Origin: Pseudomonadota bacterium
Lineage (GTDB): Bacteria > Pseudomonadota > Alphaproteobacteria > Sphingomonadales > Sphingomonadaceae
Length of the DNA: 43,813 nucleotides
Reading direction: 5' to 3'
Assembly (NCBI GenBank): GCA_040385805.1
Contig: JAZKGS010000069.1
Span: 1-43,813 of the forward strand
A model generated the notes under the pieces. The model was not told the origin of the DNA and did not search any database. It saw only the letters and a program-made list of their open reading frames with translations. Positions 39,328 through 43,813 of this stretch are shown here, piece after piece. A program made the position numbers and the translations under genes. Within the stretch, counting starts at the first letter, position 1; each line of letters begins with the position of its first letter.

Positions 39328-40347
39328 ATGGAGCATAATAATAACAGCGCGATATGGAGAGATGGCGAATGGCTCGCGCATCGTTACGATTCGTCAAGTG
39401 ATGCCTTTCAACTCCGCCATGTGAAAAGGCAAAAGCACGATGCCGCAACCTTCCTTACGGACGAATATTTAGGGGCCGAGCCAAGCCCGGTCGTGATATC
39501 GCGCCATAATGCAAGGGCATTGGTCGGACAGAATGCTGAGTTGCACTTTATTTTACACTCAGCCTTTTGCGCATCAACAATGCTTGCAAAGGCTTTTGAT
39601 CTGCCAGGCATCGCTATGGGTCTGAAAGAACCCGTTCTGCTCAATGATATCGTCGGGTTTCGACGTCGGGGCGCTGCTCCGGCGGCGGTTGCGGAATGCC
39701 TCGGCGCAGCATTGGAAATGCTCGCGCGACCGTTTGGCAGCGATCACGCAGTGGTTGTTAAACCCTCCAATATCTTCAATGCGCTTGCCCCTGCGGCCCT
39801 CACGATGCGGCCAAAGAGCAAAGCTATTCTTCTGTATGCGCCACTTCCGGTATTTTTGCTGTCGGTCGCGCGCAAGGGACTTTGGTGTCGACTATGGTGC
39901 CGCGAGTTGCTCGAGGGCCAAGTCATGGACGGGATGGTCGATCTTGGTTTCGAGATGAGCGATTATTTCCGGCAGTCTGATTTGCAGGTCGCAGCCGTCG
40001 GTTGGCTGGCACAGCAAAAATTGTTTCATGAGATGGTTCGAAAGTTTGGCCCAGAACGGATAGCAACGCTGGACAGCGAGACCCTAACGGCCCGACCGGG
40101 GAGCGCGCTCCAAGCAGCGGCAGCACATTTTGGACTCGGTGATCATCGTTCGGCGAATGATGCCCACCCTGCGTTTAACACTCATAGCAAGTTCGGGGGT
40201 AGTTTTAGAACCGAAGACCGACGCGCCGAATATGATTTGGCTCGGCAAGCGCATGGTGACGAGATTGAGAAGGTGCTGATTTGGGCCGAGGCGGTCGCTG
40301 TCTCCGCCAACGTCCCTCTTAATTTGGAGCCTCAGCTCCGCTTTTAA
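39328..40347 (+). CDS. Hypothetical protein, sulfotransferase-like P-loop fold
   Basis: FILHSAFCASTML resembles the 5'-PSB loop, followed by KEP and VVKP; the family call is inferred. Confidence 0.65.
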   Translation: MEHNNNSAIWRDGEWLAHRYDSSSDAFQLRHVKRQKHDAATFLTDEYLGAEPSPVVISRHNARALVGQNAELHFILHSAFCASTMLAKAFDLPGIAMGLKEPVLLNDIVGFRRRGAAPAAVAECLGAALEMLARPFGSDHAVVVKPSNIFNALAPAALTMRPKSKAILLYAPLPVFLLSVARKGLWCRLWCRELLEGQVMDGMVDLGFEMSDYFRQSDLQVAAVGWLAQQKLFHEMVRKFGPERIATLDSETLTARPGSALQAAAAHFGLGDHRSANDAHPAFNTHSKFGGSFRTEDRRAEYDLARQAHGDEIEKVLIWAEAVAVSANVPLNLEPQLRF

Positions 40348-40402
40348 AGCCGTCGTCGTGTTGGCCGCAGCTCGCAAATTCCACCAAATTAGCACCACAA
40401 CG

Positions 40403-40434
40403 AAAAAGGGGCGGACATTTCTGCCCGCCCCCTT
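40403..40434 (-). terminator. Rho-independent terminator of the TonB-dependent receptor gene
   Basis: On the minus strand: GGGGCGGGCA-GAAA-TGTCCGCCCC-TTTTT. Confidence 0.88.
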
Positions 40435-40456
40435 GTGTAATTAAGTGCTCTTCAAA

Positions 40457-43400
40457 TTAGAAGCGCAGCTTTGCAGTTACCGCATAACGGCGACCCAATG
40501 CGTCATATGTCGACGGGAAGGTGTTGCCGCTGTTGTACGTTGTCGAACCAGCGTTGTTACCGGTCACTGGCGGATCCTTGTCGAGCAAGTTCTGTACCGT
40601 CAAAGTGATGGTCAGATTTTCGCTGGCATTGATACGTGTCGACAGATCAAAATAATCATAGGCTTTGATCTTGCCGAAGTTAACCGTCCGGCCACCAACG
40701 CCTGGGATTGACGCGCCAATGGTACCGTTGAAGAACGCACCACCATCGAGAACGTCAAGTGGCTCTTGCTCCATCGAAGACAGATGGCGCCACAACAACG
40801 ATACGTCGATGCTGTCGAACGACAATGTCGTACGCTGCGACCATGAGAAATCAGGCTGTAGCGAACCACAGTTGGTGCTGAAAAATCCGGTACAGTCACG
40901 ATTGATCGCATCTGGGTTAAGCACGAACGCGTTGAACGTCGATTTGAACGTGTAGTTGCCGTTGAACGACAATGCCAAACCGATATCGTCGGTCAGAGCA
41001 GTCTTGTAGTTCACGATCAAGTCGATGCCGTCTGTTGCAATTGCACCCGAGTTCGACAGCGCCGAAGGCAGGCCAGTGAATACGTTCGGATCGCCGCTCA
41101 GGCCGCCATCGGCCGGGCTACGGCGGATGCTGGTACACGCTGGCGAAGTCGATGCGCCTGCAGGTGGATTAAATACATCCGATCCGAAGCACGCTGCAAT
41201 TACGTCACCCGGTGTTGGCGAAGAAATCGCGCCTTTTACCTTGATGTTGTAATAATCGATCGATGCACTGAAGCCAGGGAGAACCGCTGGCTGGAAGATC
41301 GCACCAATCGTGTAGCTGTCCGACTTTTCAGGCTTAATGTTGACATTACCACCACCGGTCGAGTTCACCTGGCCTGCGTTAGGCTGAGGAATCGAGTTGA
41401 TGTTGCCAGCATTGGCACCTTGCGCCAAACAAACTGCACGAAGCTCACCCGTTGGGCCAGTTGCAGGGCGTCCTGGCAACACGGCACCGGCAGTCGTCAA
41501 CGTTGCGCAAGGATCAGTACCAAGGTTGGTCAATCCTGTGTTCACTGGCGAGAACAGTTCACCAATGTTCGGAGCGCGAACGGCACGAGCGAAGTTACCG
41601 CGGATAGCGAGACCTTCGACCGGTTCCCAGGTTCCACCAGCCTTGAAGGTTGTGGTGTTGTACGATGGGTTACCTGGTGCGTCTACTGTATACGATGAAT
41701 AACGAACGCCGCCTTCAACAGTCAGGCTGTTAAAGAATGGCTTTTCGCTAACCAGCGGCAAAACAACTTCACCGAAGGCTTCGTAAACGTCAAAGCCACC
41801 TTCGATATTTGGTGTCGCACCGCCGGCACCGCCGAGATCACCCGATCGTGCCAACGAGTCAGCACCCTGACGCGCAGTGTACTTACGATATTCGCCACCA
41901 ACCGCGAAGGCCACAGGATCTTGAGCGAATGGGCTGGTAATACCAGCATCGCCGTTGACAGTTCCCTTAACCTGAGCAAGCGATGTTTTCGTGAAGCTGG
42001 AGCTTTCCTGAACCAGGAACGGAATCGCTTCCTGCTGGATAGTACCGAAGACGTTCGCAGGAACGCAGCCGTTTGACGTATCAAAGCAGACTGGCGCCGC
42101 AGCTGTTCCGCCTGCGCGAAGTGACTGACGGAAACGCGAGTTTAAGGTATAACCCTTAATCGTCTGAAGGTTTTCACTTTCGCCATAAGCACCAGTGACA
42201 TCCCAATCGATCGAGTCGGTAATCGCGCCGCGAGCACCGAGCCTATAATCGAAGAGGGTCGTGACATATTCTGAAATACGCGGACCAGCTTCAATCGCAC
42301 GGCGAGCGAAAAGCGACTGCGGGTTAGGGTTATAACCTTCACCTGTTTCGATCGTACCATTACCGTTTACGTCAAAAGCAACAAAGCCGCCTAGACCGAT
42401 TTCACGATATGCTGCGTCACCTGGACGAAGCGCACCATTTGCTGCTGCAGCGCACTCCGTGGGCGAAAAGCGTGCGGTGTATACTGTTGCGCTTGGGTTG
42501 ACGTCGAATGCGCAGAACTGGTCACGCGCGGCGGCTGGCAAGAACGGGTTGTTCAACGGGATGTTCACGCCGATGCTAAACGCGCCTGATGGTGCGATGA
42601 TCGTGTTTACGGTGTTCTTGGAGAACAAACCACGCGAATACACTTCGACCGCATCGCTAACTTCATAACGAGCTTGGCCAAACATGTTGAAACGCTCAAA
42701 CGGCGTTTGGAACACGTTATATGGGTTGAAGTTGAACGTCGAGAAGGTCGGAACAAGCTGACCAGCGTCGTTGATCTGGTTGGTGCCGCCATTGCCGGTA
42801 CCGCTAAGGAGGCGTCCGCCCGAGAAGCGCGACGGGAATGCTGTGCCCGAACCAAGCGCCGTGCCGCTGTATGTTTCAAGGGTATCTAGTGATACATCAC
42901 GTGCACCTTGATACACCGCATCAGCTTGCTGATAGCCAACGCCAAATACAGCGTTACCACGACCATCGTCGAAGTTTGCGCCGATGGTGGCATCAACGCG
43001 GAAAACGTTGCCATCGCCACGCTCGGTGATTTGCTGCGAAGCCTGAACTTCTAGGCCGGAAAAATCATTCTTCAGAATGAAGTTAACAACACCGCCAACA
43101 GCGTCAGCACCATAAGTGGTGGATGCACCACCGGTAAGCACGTCAACGCGCTCAACCAATGCAAGCGGAACGTTGTTCAAATCGACCTGACCGCCAAAAC
43201 CAGCAGGAACGATCCGGTCACCGTCAAGCAACACGACGTTACGGTTTGAGCCGATACCACGTAAGTTAACGAACGAAGCGCCGCCGTTGCCGTTGTTTAC
43301 AGCAGAACCGATCGAAGCAACAACACCTGGAATTTCACGAAGCACTTCTTCCGCAAGATTGGACTGAAGCAGTTCCATTTCTTCCGAGGTGGTTACATTT

Positions 43401-43579
43401 ACTGGCGCCGAACGCTCAAGGTTCGGATTGGTAATGAGCGAGCCGGTAACGATAATTTCGCTGCCTACTTCCTCTTCAGCTACCGCATCCTGAGCGAATG
43501 AAGGCGTTGATATCAACGCCAAGCTCAGTGCAAGCGGTGCCGCTGCATATTTCAAATTGCTCATACGTGTGTTTTTCAC
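40457..43579 (-). CDS. TonB-dependent receptor
   Basis: Signal peptide, EIIVTGS, plug motifs VNLRGIG and ERVDVLTGGAS..YGADAVGGVVNFI, RAPN, NLLDK.PP, C-terminal Phe. GTG start with RBS AGGGG. Confidence 0.97.
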   Translation of the reverse strand: MKNTRMSNLKYAAAPLALSLALISTPSFAQDAVAEEEVGSEIIVTGSLITNPNLERSAPVNVTTSEEMELLQSNLAEEVLREIPGVVASIGSAVNNGNGGASFVNLRGIGSNRNVVLLDGDRIVPAGFGGQVDLNNVPLALVERVDVLTGGASTTYGADAVGGVVNFILKNDFSGLEVQASQQITERGDGNVFRVDATIGANFDDGRGNAVFGVGYQQADAVYQGARDVSLDTLETYSGTALGSGTAFPSRFSGGRLLSGTGNGGTNQINDAGQLVPTFSTFNFNPYNVFQTPFERFNMFGQARYEVSDAVEVYSRGLFSKNTVNTIIAPSGAFSIGVNIPLNNPFLPAAARDQFCAFDVNPSATVYTARFSPTECAAAANGALRPGDAAYREIGLGGFVAFDVNGNGTIETGEGYNPNPQSLFARRAIEAGPRISEYVTTLFDYRLGARGAITDSIDWDVTGAYGESENLQTIKGYTLNSRFRQSLRAGGTAAAPVCFDTSNGCVPANVFGTIQQEAIPFLVQESSSFTKTSLAQVKGTVNGDAGITSPFAQDPVAFAVGGEYRKYTARQGADSLARSGDLGGAGGATPNIEGGFDVYEAFGEVVLPLVSEKPFFNSLTVEGGVRYSSYTVDAPGNPSYNTTTFKAGGTWEPVEGLAIRGNFARAVRAPNIGELFSPVNTGLTNLGTDPCATLTTAGAVLPGRPATGPTGELRAVCLAQGANAGNINSIPQPNAGQVNSTGGGNVNIKPEKSDSYTIGAIFQPAVLPGFSASIDYYNIKVKGAISSPTPGDVIAACFGSDVFNPPAGASTSPACTSIRRSPADGGLSGDPNVFTGLPSALSNSGAIATDGIDLIVNYKTALTDDIGLALSFNGNYTFKSTFNAFVLNPDAINRDCTGFFSTNCGSLQPDFSWSQRTTLSFDSIDVSLLWRHLSSMEQEPLDVLDGGAFFNGTIGASIPGVGGRTVNFGKIKAYDYFDLSTRINASENLTITLTVQNLLDKDPPVTGNNAGSTTYNSGNTFPSTYDALGRRYAVTAKLRF

Positions 43580-43813
43580 GATATAGCCCCTTTAATAAGG
43601 CCACACATCAAACGGTTTCCCGTTGTCCAGTGGCTGTTAAACTCCCCAGCTTTTCCAATGACAAAGCACGCACAAACGGCACGCGAAACGTCACGGAGTC
43701 CCTCCGGGTTGAGCATGCTTTGACGGATATGCTGGAGTTGCGCAACAAATTGGGATGCAATTACAAATATATTTCAACGTTGTCACCTTTATGCAACAGT
43801 ACGCCTAACCCGC

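Overview
This is an alphaproteobacterial chromosomal segment; gene content and order suggest Sphingomonadaceae, but that is inference. No prophage, integrase, IS element or CRISPR array is visible. The left end is a catabolic operon: acyl-CoA dehydrogenase, Zn-ADH, APH-like kinase, two SDRs and a serine hydrolase, with a REP-like palindromic element inserted. Next come ispG with a GNAT and a DMT gene, a Tat-lipoprotein class A beta-lactamase, an isoaspartyl peptidase, an S1/P1 nuclease, an SPFH/RHH operon, an M3 peptidase, a wHTH regulator and tRNA-Val(TAC). The middle holds tlpA/argH-lipoprotein-lysA-cysG-proC, an amidase, two thioesterases, ybjN/ubiK/tspO, exported M16, acylase and M17 hydrolases, a GH-A glycosidase and clpB. 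The most interesting part is the right end (37.7-43.8 kb): a Cys-rich TonB-dependent receptor with an EF-hand-like loop, a divergent pair of modifying enzymes (TPR Asp/Asn beta-hydroxylase and sulfotransferase-like protein), and a small exported CX15C protein that shares the receptor's VTGSL motif. This is a candidate uncharacterised peptide-modification/uptake system.
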